In this document: one piece after another, positions 1-12,479 of the stretch
How the letters are laid out: each line of letters starts with the position of its first letter
Position numbering within the stretch: the first letter of the stretch is position 1
NCBI GenBank assembly: GCA_051294375.1
Contig: JBJCIZ010000810.1
Location: 85,379 to 149,378, forward strand
Direction: 5' to 3'
From: Paraspadella gotoi
Taxonomy: Eukaryota; Animalia; Chaetognatha
DNA length: 64,000 nt
The notes under the pieces: model-generated
The model's database searches: none
Told to the model about the DNA's origin: nothing
Seen by the model: the letters and a program-made list of their open reading frames with translations, nothing else
Program-made: the position numbers and the translations under genes

Positions 1-92
<92 letters not shown>
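1..92. repeat. (TC)n microsatellite
   Basis: Pure TC dinucleotide run at window start. Confidence 0.98.
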
Positions 93-95
<3 letters not shown>

Positions 96-457
96 TGATA
101 TAGTAGAGATCGTGGTGGTATAATTTTTTATTCAATCTGTTTTCCTTTTATGAAATTAATTACCAGCAACGTTGTCGTCGTCGTATTTCTCCCTCTTGTA
201 TTTTCCGTCCAATTAATTTGCATAATTTTCCTTTTTCCTGCATCGACTTCGTCGTCGTCGTCGACGACGTCGTCGGACTTTCTTTTGAGCTCTACCATGC
301 TGCGCAAGACTTCGTCGGCGCCTTTGCCCCCAAGATAAGCAAGAGAGAGAGAGAGAGAGGAGAGAGACGTTCTCAATGGAAGACGATCAGTCTTCTTCGG
401 TCCTCGACGGGACGGCAGAAGTCTCAGGGGAAAGAATACGTTATGACGGCGCCCTTT

Positions 458-1328
458 CACAGTGATCCAAATAAAAATTAAAATCGGATAAAAGCCACTT
501 GAACATACGGGTATAAATACTTATTCAGTCTTTCCATAGGACTGCTACGAAGTTTTAGGTAAGATAACAGTTTCCAAAAATTATTCTTTCTCAAGTTATA
601 AGCAAATCTCTATTTCGGGTGAGTCTTTGGGAGGTTTTTTTCACCCACATAAGTGGAAGAGAAAAATTATTTGACTTTGTTATGGTATCAGCACTTTGTC
701 TCGTTTGTTAACAAATAAAAAAAAGATTTTCTTAATATGTCACTATGTATGATATAAAAAACATAGTAAAAACTCATAGAATTTCAGCCGATTTCAATCA
801 ACCAGATTTAGTTTCTAATGATACATCTTATCACTCATCAGTTATTAATTAAATCTCATCCGCATTCGTCCGCCTTTTTGAGAAATCCAAAAATGCTTTT
901 CATTCAAAAGATAACAAAAAAGAATTCGATATTCTTCAAAAATTACCATATGATTATTTTCATTGATCGATTTTCCGATTTTAATTTGCTTAGCGCACTT
1001 TTAAAAAGATTAAATTAAAGATTTTATATTGAGCAAACATACACCTATTACTTATAATATAAATATAAAAAAATACTAAGTTAGGTCAATTTCTTTTTAA
1101 TATCAAAATTATAAATCAAAATTCGTTCAACTACCATAAATAATTTCTTTAAGAACCAAATTTGTCGGTTAATGAATTTTTTCTCCATATTTTTCAAATC
1201 AATCTTAAACATTTTAAACTTTTCCAACAACTTCAAAGGGCTTCTATGATAATCAGCATATGAGAAAAGGTTGTTTTTGCCAAAAAAGAGAGGTTTATCC
1301 AGAAATTTAGTCCATTTGGATCACTGTG
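458..1328. mobile_element. Non-autonomous Transib-type DNA transposon (MITE)
   Basis: 15-bp perfect TIR CACAGTGATCCAAAT (458-472) / ATTTGGATCACTGTG (1314-1328). 5-bp TSD CCTTT at 453-457 and 1329-1333. No ORF. CAC-starting TIRs with 5-bp TSD are the Transib signature. Confidence 0.85.
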
Positions 1329-1382
1329 CCTTTGGTGCGTTAGCGCACGTGAGCGCTTTTTGATTCATATTGATTCAATTCC

Positions 1383-2490
1383 TTTTATTATCGAGCCAGG
1401 ACAGGCTTCGCCTGGTCCTGGCTCTTAATGTTTTAGGATTGCTTCTTTGTGACGTAGTCGTCGTCGTCGTCGGCGTCACGCTTTTTTATATAAAAACTAC
1501 TACGTTTTTGTAGGTTTGGCTGTGACTTACCGTTTTTTTTTAAATAAAAATTATTATGAATTATGATATAGTTTTACAAAAGTGTGCGATCATAGTAAGT
1601 TAAAAATTAGATATGGCTTTCATCTTGAAATAGCTTTGATATTTTCTCATTACATTTGGATTTAAGTATTTTTTGTTTGAATTTCCACTTTCATTATGAT
1701 TTACTGCAATATGCAATTAAGATTATAGTACTCATTATAATATCCAAATTATATATAGAAATGCTTTAATCTAATTTACATACTGCAGTATATAATATTG
1801 AAGATAAAATTCAAAAATTTTTTTTAAATCTATAATAAAAAAATGGGAACTCCTTGACCTTTTTAATGAGAAGCTATATCTTAATTTTAATACAAATAAA
1901 AATAAAATCTTTTACAAGCCATGATTGGAAAAAATTGGAAAAATTTCCAATTGTAAACAATTGTAACATATTTTTGCCTTTCTTTTATTAAAAAAAAAAT
2001 TCTTTTTCTGAAAAAACGAGTTCAGGCTCTGCAGTGAGTGTACAGCGGCCTTCCAGCAGCTGTCCAGCTTTGTCTCTTCTCTGTGTCTGTCTCTGTCTGT
2101 CCTCTCTCTGTTCTCTTTCTCTCTCTTTCTCTCTGCACGATCGTTCGTTTTTTGAAAAATTCTGATTATTTTTTCCTTCTAAAAACTTTTATTATTCCAT
2201 TTATTCGCGCTTTTTTTTCAATACAAAATCCCAAATTTATATCTGAATTTTCGTGGATTTTTTTGAGAAAATGTGAAGAATAACTTACTTGACCTGGATT
2301 TCGTGCCGTTGCAGGGCAACGAGTAACAAGGCAAGGAACATGACCTAAAAAACGCGTTTTGATGGCAACGGAACGTTACGTGTATAAAAGGATCAACTTG
2401 ACCGAGATACGCCTACGTTGCGAGGCAACGAGTAAACAATGTCAAGGAACATGAGCTAATAACGCGTTTTCGCGTTCTCTCTCTCTCTCT

Positions 2491-2538
<48 letters not shown>

Positions 2539-3530
2539 TTTTTTTTTTAATTTTTATTCACTTTTTTTTCACCACCGTCACTAGGCGACGAGTAAACGAG
2601 TTCCGGCTCTCTCTCTCTCTTGCGTAATCGTTGTTTTTTTGAAAAATTATGATTATTGTTACGAAATAACTATCTTTAATATTACGAGGAAATCCAGCTT
2701 CTCTACTTTTTCTCCCAATGCTCTTTTGTTCTTTATTACTGACATCGAAAATGCCTCCATTCTAGCGATCGCCACGACATCTTTAGGCTCTCTCTTTTGT
2801 TTATACTTAAGTACAGATTTCCGAAGGCAGTGTACAGCTGATTCTGATTGGTGCCCGTGATTTCGATAGATTTCGATTAAGATTCTAATCGAATTCTGGC
2901 CACGTGGTATCTTCAGATCTCAAAGTTGTCACTGGGTTTTTAGTTCTTTTCAGAGCTTTAGAAACTCTTTATTAGATATCTCGGAAACTTATTTTTTGTG
3001 TGATCGCTGGTTTGGTGGACTTTTCTATGAGAGAAGCATCTCTATTTTTGTTTATTATTGGCTTCAGAAACAAGTCAGAAAGACACTTTAAACTTATATA
3101 TATTTGCTGAGTTTGTACTAAATGTTTTGTTAATTCTTGCCCAGGACTTCTAACTCTTCTCAAGACTCACAACAAGACATTTCGTCAAGTCCTGGGCTTT
3201 GCAGTTCGTCGTCCTTTCGGCCTTAGCCGACGTCGTTCTGCCGAGACTGTCGTCATCATCTCCAGGGCGTCATGACCGGCGCCATCGTCTCTTCTGCGCC
3301 ATTTATTCCCGATTTCATCTGGTCTTGAATGCGCAGGATAAGCCTCGTCAGTTAGAATTCAAGGACAGCCACTTCTCCGAACTTAGTTCAATACAATTAT
3401 GTTTTTCCTTCTAAAAACTTTTATTATCGCCATTTATTCGTGGCTTTTTTCTCAATACAAAATCCCAAATTTACATCCGAGATTTTCGTGGAAACATTTT
3501 TAAAAAAGTGAATAATAACTAATGTGACCT
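1383..3530 (+). mobile_element. Helentron-associated (HINE/DINE-like) non-autonomous element, family A
   Basis: T-rich start, hairpin GAGCCAGGAC..GTCCTGGCTC (1393-1424), (GTC)n microsatellite, body homologous to 18278-19340. 3' boundary approximate. Confidence 0.55.
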
Positions 3531-3929
3531 ATTATATATGCGGCACTATCGCCGAATAATATAATTGCATGCATCACGTTTTAAAAAAAAAAAAGGTTTT
3601 TATTTATTATTGTAACTTTGGACCGGTTGGCCCACTATTGGCAAATTATATCTAAAATAGGAGTTGAGAAGAGAGATATAGTCAAATTAAACATTACTTT
3701 TTTTGTTATTCTGATAATTTGTACTATTATTAAATTTATAAATATTTTTAGTGTATATATTTAATCATTTTTATCTTTTTTTTAAATAAGAATTATTTGA
3801 GTTGTGATAACTATTTATAAATTAGTTAAATATGCAAATATAAAATTTGACCTCGGTCTGGTTTCTTCCTAAAAAAAGAACAATCTAAAATTTAATTCAA
3901 GAGGAGGGAGAGGAATTTGTATCACCTGC

Positions 3930-4520
3930 AGCAAAGCAGGCCAGAACAGGCATTTGCCCGCCTCGCCGTCAGGCGAGAGGAGGGACTTCGGCAGGCTTAT
4001 CAGGCCAGAGGGATATCAGAGTGGCATTGGGCATTTTTCCAGGAGGCTCGTTACCAGATCCTGGACAATATCGATCCATGACGATACCCTCTCAGCCCAT
4101 GACAAGTCAATGACCCGATCATATCATCAACGTCCTGCTTTTGCCAGGCCGGGGGGGGCCAGCTCATTTTGAGCTCTTTCTTTATCTTTATTATCTCTAA
4201 TTCTACAACTTAGCTATCCCTAACCACACATTCTTCTTTTCTCTTTCTCTTTATTTCAATCTTAATTAACAAACTAGTTAAAAAAATATTTTCAGTTAAA
4301 TCTACTAGTTTAAGTATTAAGTCTATTTATTTATTGTTATTGAATTATTTATTCCTTTATCTTTGTTGTATATTACAAAAATATAAATATTTTCTCTCTC
4401 TCTGTCTCTTCAAATTTTCACTATTCACATTTCAACCACTTTCCTCTTCTTCTCTCTCCTTACCTTCACCTGTCCTCAATCTGACCACTGTCCTTATCTC
4501 AACCTTTGTTGGAAGCTTTA
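3930..4520 (+). mobile_element. Fragment of hammerhead-associated (Penelope-like?) repeat family
   Basis: Homologous to the reverse complement of 59300-60030 (CCAGGCCGGGGGGGGCCAGCT vs CCCGGCGGGGGGGCCAGCT; CAGGCTTATCAGGCCAGAGGGATATC vs CAGGCGTTATCAGGCTAAAGGGATATC) and of 33480-33560. Confidence 0.5.
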
Positions 4521-5384
4521 TCTCTCTCTCTCTTTTCTAATCATTTTGATTCATTTAAATTTATTTTGATTTATTTTGATTCATATCATTATTAATTCAA
4601 TTCCATTCATTTAAATTTCTTTAAATTCATTTTTATTCTTATTTTCTCTCCGACCTTTGATATCTTTTCTTTTCATGTTGATGTTCTGTTTTCATTTTGA
4701 ATTTGGGTTAAAGATTTGGTCTAAGGAGATAAGGTTAGCTCGATCCTCATCCTCCTCTTCCCATCCCTCTCCCGAGGAGCCGTCCCTTTTTTAGTCCAGT
4801 CTTCGCGAGTCTCGAGTTCTACTAACTTCCTTTTTTTCTAATACTATTCCGGCCAAGTACTTTTCCTCAATAAACATTATCAATTATTATTAATTATCAA
4901 TTATTAACAATTTTGATGCTCGAACCATTTAGCCACGAATATACCCCCAGGATGTGCTCCTCCGACTGATTTAGAAAACCGGAGAAACAAAAAATAAAAA
5001 GACCGAAATGAAGAAAAAAAAGAAAAACAATCTGAAAGCTTTTTTTCAATTTTTTTTAAAAAAAATTAAAAGTAAAAAAAAAACCAAAACAAAAACGACT
5101 TTAAATTTGGATTAAATTTTAATTATTTCGCCTTCGTTTTCCCAACCCAACTTTTTTTGTGCATTCGACAAAAAAATACGTTTTTCTTCCAATCTTTTTC
5201 CTCGTCGAATTCAATCTTGATCAGCACCCGACTTCCGCCATGGCGAAAAATCTCCCATTTTTAATCGATCTGCTTTCAGCAGATCCCGACTCTATAATTC
5301 ACTTTGTCGGTCCGTCGGTCCACCCCTCATATTGTCGGCATTCATCATATCATGGGCATACATCTAGATTTATAAATTAAAAGA

Positions 5385-5729
5385 CTCCCGTTCATCGTCC
5401 TCGTCTCGTCCATCTCTGTCCGGTGCCGTCCGTCCCGTCCGTTGCGCTCGTCCGTCCGTCTCCTTCCTCTCCGTCCGTTCCGTCCGTCCTCCTCACCTTA
5501 TCAAAAGATACCCCATGTACTAGTGATTGATTGATGGATGTTGGTAAGTTGAAATTTGTTGTTGGTTGTTAGGGAAGTGTGTGATTGAGCTGTTATATGA
5601 AGTTTTGGAATTCGGTCGAAAATAGTTAAATGACAAAATATAATATATTTTCACTATTGAACACCAATTACTCATGGTGTAGGCCGATTGACTTGAAATT
5701 TGATTGAGTGAAAAGTCTATTATCCTTGT
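5385..5729 (+). mobile_element. DINE-1/HINE-like element with (GTCC)n microsatellite, family C
   Basis: GTCC repeat followed by CACCTTA..GTGATTG block; homologues at 14310-14726 and 58390-58560. Confidence 0.5.
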
Positions 5730-5754
5730 NNNNNNNNNNNNNNNNNNNNNNNNN

Positions 5755-8700
5755 GTGGTCCCGCCCTATCGTCGTTTTACACAATGATGGAATGATATCT
5801 TAGAAAGGGCCTCCAGTCGCGTTAACGCCACTGCTTCCCTTCCTTCCGTCCGCCCTATCTCGTTACACGAATTCGGTGAAATATTTTGCAAACAGGGCCT
5901 CCGACGGGCCGGTTAAACAGACCTGCTGCAGGGCCTTTTTGGCAAAATATTAACATTGTCTTGCACTCCCCGTTACCTCTCGTCCGCCTAAATACTCGTA
6001 CCAGCAAGTGTCGTGATATTTGAAAACAGTGGCCTCCAGGTTAACGCCCTGCTCCTTCCTCCGTACCGCCACCTATCTGCGTACGACAATGAATTGGATA
6101 TTTGAAAAAGGGCACTGCCAGCGCAGTTTGAACGCCCTCCGGGTCTTTCCTTCACTTGACCTGCGAGCGCCCTTTATTTCTACGATACAACAAATTATGT
6201 ATTAATATTCTTGAATAATAATGGCCTCGCTAACGATTTATAGCGAGCGTCGGGACCTTGCCTGAGGAAGGCCTCCTCCCAGGTCCCGGCCATATCTCGT
6301 ACACAATTGTATATTTGAAAAAGGGCCTCCAGGCTCTGATAGCTTGCCAACCTTTGCGCCGTCCTTTTGCGCCTCCGTCACCCGCCTATCTCGCTACACT
6401 CTTCTCATTATTCTCAATATTATGAAAACAGGGCCTCCAGGTTAACGGCCCTGCTCCTTCCTCACGTTCCGCCATACTCCTACGTACACCAAGTTTGTAT
6501 ATTTTGACACAAAAGGCGCATCCAGCGATACTGGTTCGGATCGCGCCTGCTCCTTCCTCCGTCCGCCGTAAATCGTCGAGTCCACACAATGTTAGTATGT
6601 TGCCGCCAGATAAGGGCTCCAGTACGTCTCATAGGGAAACGGCCACACTGCTCCCATTCCTCCCCAACAAATCTCCTGCGTTGCCGCTCCGTCCATATCT
6701 CGATACCTATCATTATGTTATATCTTTGAAAAATGGCTTCCAGGTTAACGCCCTGCTCCATCTCACCCAGATCCGTTCCTAATTCGTACACACAAATGTC
6801 TATTATTTGAATAAAGCGAGCCTCCAGGCTTAACGCTCCCATGCTCCTTCTCCGTCCGCCTATCATCGTACACAATGTTACTAATTTTAGAAATAAGGCA
6901 GCCTCCAAGCGCTTAAATCGCCAAGACAAACTAATTTACAACCTGATTCCTTCCTCCCGTTCTACCTAGAGCCCATAATCTCTTCGTGGTTGGTAACAAC
7001 CACATGTATATATTTTGAAAAAAAGGGCCTCCGAGGAGTATTAGACGCGGCCGTGCCCCTTCCTGCCGTACGGCACGCCTGAGTCTCGGTGAAGACGGAG
7101 CAGAACCGAATGGTAGTATCGCTCGTGGAGCAAGGGGCCTGCCAGGGTTGAACCGCCCGCTGCTCCTTCTCCGGTCGCGCCCTATGCTCGTACACAATGG
7201 CTTATGAGTTTGAAAAAAGGCGCCTCCAGGGTTGAACGCCCTCTCCTCTTACCGGTCCCGGTCCGCATTAGTCGCGTAAACACAATGTTCATGATCTTGC
7301 GAAGAAAACAGCGGTGGCCTCCAAGGTGTGTTAGACGCCCCTGCCTCGCTGTCCTCCCGCTCGCCTATCTCGGTACACGAAGGTGGTGTTTCTCATTGCG
7401 CGTTGAAACAGGAGCGGCGGCGCGTGCCAGGTTACGCGCCGTGGCTGCCGGCTTCTACACCGCGCTTGGCGGCGCTCCGGCGCATACGTGCGTCCGCACC
7501 ACGAGGAGGGTGGCGGGGATAGGCTGACCTTTCGGCGACCGGGCGTCCTAGGTAGGAAGGGGGCGTCCCCTCAACAGGTTAGAACGCCCTGCCTGCACGT
7601 TGTAGAGATCCTGGGCCTGGGTGCGGCGGTCGCGGCCTGGTGGCGCTAAGTCTCGTGCAGGCAGCGAGATAGGAAGGTGGTTATATTCTTGTGAGAGAAA
7701 GAAGGGCCGTCTGACGAGGTTACGCGCCGTGGCTGCCTGGTTCCGTCCGGGTGCGGCGGCCTTATTCTCAGGTACAGCTCTGAACCCTAGATGTGTATTC
7801 TTTGAAAGGTAAAGGGGTCCAGGCTTACCTTTTGCCCACCTAGCTCCATTACGCTCGTCCGTGCCTATCATGTTCAAGTCCACACTCAATGGTATTATTT
7901 TTGAAAAAGGGCCTCCAGTGTTAACGCCCTGCCTCGCTTCCTCCGTCCGCGCCTATCTTCGTACACTCAATGTGGTATATTTGAAAAAGTGCTCCAGGTG
8001 TTAACGCCCTGCTCCTTCGTCCGTCCGCCTATCTCGAGCTACCACAGGATGTTATATTCTTGAGAGAAGAAGCGGGGCGCTACAGGAACGAGCAGATTAG
8101 GCGCGCCGCGCCTCGGCTCCTTCCTCGTGGGGATCCGCCGTCATCTCGTTACACCTAATGTATATTATTGAAAAATGGCTCCAGATTAACGGCCCTGCCC
8201 TTCCGGACTCGACGGTTACAAGGGCGCCGTATCTGCGGTAGCGACCCGACAGCAGTTGAGGATGGAGTATGATGTTATCGCAAGGAGCACGTTAAGACCG
8301 GTGGGCGCAGCGTGCCGCGGCATATGATAAGAATTGCTGCTGGGCCCTGCTGACCTTCCTCCAGGTCCGGCGCTCCTACTCTCGGGTAACACAGATGTCT
8401 AGGCTATATTCCTGCAACGCAAAGCGGCCTTCCAGGTTAACGCCAATGCTCCTTCTCCGTCCGCCGTATCTGTACACAATGGTATATATTGAATACGGGC
8501 CTCCAGGTTACACTCGATCTACACCACTCGGCCTTTACTGTGTTTACCTCAAAACTGTTACTAACCTCCATTTCTCCGGTCCCTGCCGCTAATCCAGATA
8601 ACTGCTAGCACACGAATGTCACCACCAGCTATTATTTTTGATGAATAGTGGCAAAAGCCGGGGGTTCCAGACGGTTAAAACGGCGCCTGAGGCTAACGCG

Positions 8701-9935
8701 AGCAGTTCCACTGGACGTTAACCTCGCAGTCCCTTTCCCCTTGTTATTTCAAACCTTATCTCATACATTGACTAGCTCAACTCTTTTGTAGTTTTATTAT
8801 TTAGTATGACGAAGCAGGAAAACGGAGTGAAAAGAGGTGCCCCAGAGGAGGGGGTTGACGCCGTTGCTCCCTTCCTCCGTCGCAGAGATGCCATGATACC
8901 GAACCTATCTCGTACACCCAATGTGTAATATTTTGAAAAATCGGCGCTCAGGGAGTTAGAACGCCGACTGCTCCTTCCATCCGGTCCGCCTATCTCGTAC
9001 ACAATGTTCATATTTTGAAAAAGGGCTTTCCAGGTTAGACGCCTGCCTCCTTGCCTACCGTCCGGCCGTATCTGCGTACACAAATTTGCATATTTTGAAA
9101 AAGGGCCTCCAGTGTTAACGCGCCTGCTCCTTTCCCTCCGTCCGCCTATCTTCGTAGGCACATGTTTATTTTGAAAAAGGGCCTCCGAGGGTTAAGCGGC
9201 CGCTGCTCGGGCTTCCTCCGTCCGCCTAGTTCCGTACACAAGTTGTTTGTTATGAATTTGGAAATAAGGGCCTCAGGTTTAACGCCACTCTCCTTCCTCC
9301 GTCCGGCCTAATCTGCGGTAACGAAATGTGGATATATTTTGAAAAGGGCCTCACAGGGTTAACGCCAACTGGGGTCACGTGATCCTCCGTGCCGCCATAT
9401 TCGCTACACAATGTTTAATATTTTTTGAAAAAAAGGGCCTCCAGGTTTAACGGCGAGCTCAATGCTTCCTTCCTCCGTCCGCCGATATCTCGTACAACAA
9501 TGTATTTTTTGAAAAAGAGGCGGCCTCCAGTGTTAGACGCCCTGGTCACTTCCTCCGTCCGCCTATCTCGTACACAATGTTATATTTTGAAAAAGGGGCC
9601 TCCAGTTAAGCCTGCTCCTTCCTCCGTCCGCCTATTCTCGTACCACAATGTTATATTTTTGAAAAAGGGCCTCCAGGTTAACGCCCTGCTCCTTCCTCCG
9701 TCCGCCTATCCTCGTACACAATTGTTATATTATGATAAAAAGGGCCTCCAGGTAACGCCCTGCTCCTTCTCCGTCCGTCCTATCTCCGCTACACAAGTTA
9801 TATTTTGAAAAAGGGCCTCCAGGGTTAACTCCCTGCTCCTTCCTCCGGTCCGCCTATTCTCGTACACAATGTTATATTTTGAAAAAGGGCCTCCAGGTTA
9901 ACGCCCTTGCACTCCTTCCTCCGTCCGCCTATCTC
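5755..9935. repeat. ~71-bp tandem satellite array (~4.2 kb)
   Basis: Consensus CCTCCAGGTTAACGCCCTGCTCCTTCCTCCGTCCGCCTATCTCGTACACAATGTTATATTTTGAAAAAGGG, clean at 9500-9930 and insertion-ridden toward the centre. Confidence 0.95.
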
Positions 9936-10371
9936 TCTCTTCCTTGTTTCGTCCTTGCAATGGTTATGGATCATGCCAACATCCCACGGCCACCCACGAT
10001 TTGCGTATCACCAATTTATTCAATTACAATATAACTCTAGAAAATATTCATAAAATCTTTTACTTTGAGGTTTGAATTAATAATGACATGCAATCCTTAA
10101 TAAATACTCATGATATTTTAGTATCAATCAGACATAAAACTATTGGAGTAGTTGCTATTTTTCTAAGCATAATTTTGTTTCGCCTATTAAATCTTTTATA
10201 CAAATTATTTTTTTTTAAGAATAGATTATTAAGCTACAATATATGCAAAATAAGACTCACCTTTTCTGCTGCGTCCCTGGATGCGATCAACTAATTGTCC
10301 ATTTCTCTTAATTTCCACATTCGTCAGGTTAACTCTCAGAATTATTAAATATTGTAAAATATAAGAGTCGG

Positions 10372-11200
10372 GACAAAAAAATCTTAAAAGAATAGCGATC
10401 GAGCCTCCTCAATAATAACCAAATATTGATGCCCGATGAAACCAAAGGGATTGATGCGGATGATAACCAAATGGATTGATGCCTATGATAACCAAATATT
10501 GATGCCGATGATAACCAAATAATTGGGAAAGTAGTGATGAGTAACCATTAATTTTTGGATGCGGGAATGATAACCGAAATGATCGATGTGATTTGATATA
10601 CCAAATGATTGATGTGGTAATAACCAAATGGTTTGATGGGCGGATGATAGTTCATTCATTAGAGGTGTGATGATTATCATTCATCATAATAAAACAAACA
10701 AATACGTGTATGAGTGAAAGATAGAGAGAAAAGATGAGAGAGAGAAAGAAAGATGGAGCAGAGAGAAGATCAATGAAAGAAAGAGAGAGGAGAAAGAAGA
10801 GAATAAATCCAAGAAAATCTCGGATGTAAAATTTGGGTTTTGAGTGCAGAAGAGCCGTAGAGAAATTAAATTGGCGATAATAACAGTTAAAAAGGAAAAA
10901 AATAATCAAAAATTTTTCAAAAAACGATCACCAAGGAAATCGTACAGAGAAGATGAGAGAAAGAAGAGAGATAGAGAGAGAGACAGAGAGAGACAGAAAG
11001 AGAGAAAGAGAAGAGGACAGACAGAGACAGAGAGAGGAGAGAAAGAAAGATAGAAACAATTCAGACACAAAACGTTGTCATGGTGGAGTGATAAAACAGA
11101 CAACGATGACGACGAAGACTATTAAAACGCATGACATTGCATACATGTGGAAGAAGAGAACAACAAAGAAGAAAACGACAAGCAGAAGACATTGAAGAAG
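10372..11200 (-). mobile_element. HINE-like family A 3' part with 23-bp GATAACCAAATGATTGATGCGAT repeats
   Basis: Reverse complement of 19085-19600, ending GGCTCGATC..TATTCTTTTAAGATTTTT (subTIR plus small hairpin). Confidence 0.55.
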
Positions 11201-11599
11201 CAGGATGCAGAAAAAGAGTAAAAGAAAAGGACAATGACAGAAACGATTGCGACTTTAAGACGACATAATATCGCCAAAAACTTTATTAACAACAAGAAAC
11301 TGCTAATTCAAATTGTTTTGCGGCCGCAGTGGACTACCTGTATCGCCGTGTATTCTACGTGCACATGACATGACGTGACTATGACCTTACTGACATGAAC
11401 ATAACTGAGTACCGGTGCAGCAGGCCAGATTCCGCCCTGTTTATATTTTTTTTAATTTCGGGATTATCTGATGGGGTTTATCTTGCGTTGGGCTTGTTAC
11501 TCCATTAAAACCAGTAAAACGCAAAAAAAATTTCGCTTCAACCCTACATCAGAGTGTGAATCTCGGGCAACGCTGGTGTAAAATCCTAATATTTCTTTC

Positions 11600-12300
11600 C
11601 CTTTTATAGGAAGAGAACCTGCATAAACAAACTCTCAAAGGTAAAAGTGGAAAAAATTTTGAAAAACCCCTCGTTCTGTTCTTTGTTATTTTTGAGTTGG
11701 TGAGTAGTTCATTGGCAAAAGCTTGTTTCTCACCTTAAAACTCAAAATCGCACTAAAATCCCGGCAATTAACCTCGGATTGCTGCGAACCTGATGTGACC
11801 TGTAAAACTGACAATGATTAACTAAGTTAGGATAAACCTGGGTAAACGAAATATAAGAAGTCGTCAAAGAAAAATATGAAAACTAGTTCTTTCTTTGTTA
11901 TTTCGAAGTGATTGACTTATCAACTGAGCTGAGGTATATATTTCTTTCTCTTAAAAACATCAAAACCGGCTAAAATCCGAGTCTGAGCAGACGTAATAGC
12001 CAAAACCTATTACTAACTAATAAAACTATTGTTCAATTTTTAATATGATAAACCTGAGTAAACGAAGTAACGTACAGAAGAAAAAAATCATTTCGGAAAC
12101 CGTTCGTTAATTTCTTATATATTTTGAATCCATTTTCAATAATTTAGTACCTCTATTTGGCAAAATCAATTGGTCTCTCTAATTTTATGAATCGGCTTTA
12201 ATCGCATTAACTGAGGATCAAGGAAACCTATTCTTGACTAATTGAAAACCCAATGATATTGTCGAGGATGTGTATAAACCTGGGAAACGAGGGTGACCGT
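11600..12300. repeat. Degenerate ~220-bp tandem repeat (about 3 units)
   Basis: AAACCTGGGTAAAC-like anchor recurs near 11615, 11833, 12050 and 12277. Confidence 0.45.
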
Positions 12301-12479
12301 ATAGTAAAAAAGAATTGTTTTTTGTAATTTTTTAATGAAAAATATGTGGACTAATATTAAGTAAAAAATTATATTACTATGTAGAAAAAAAAAGATACGC
12401 ATTTGGATTTGGATATGATAAAGGTTGAGCATGTCTAGCTTTCTAACGCTCGTATCATTTATTACAATTGACAATGATA

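Noticed and set aside
128-460. Acidic ORF GADEVLRSMVELKRKSDD..
   Set aside because: Includes CT and GAC microsatellites, no clear splice sites, no recognisable domain.
800-845. Minus-strand CTGATGA..GAAA hammerhead-like string in the Transib MITE
   Set aside because: Extra bases before GAAA and no stem I or III; likely chance.
5755-9935. CRISPR-like array or ORFs in the satellite
   Set aside because: Whole units repeat with no unique spacers and no cas genes; ORFs are translations of the repeat.
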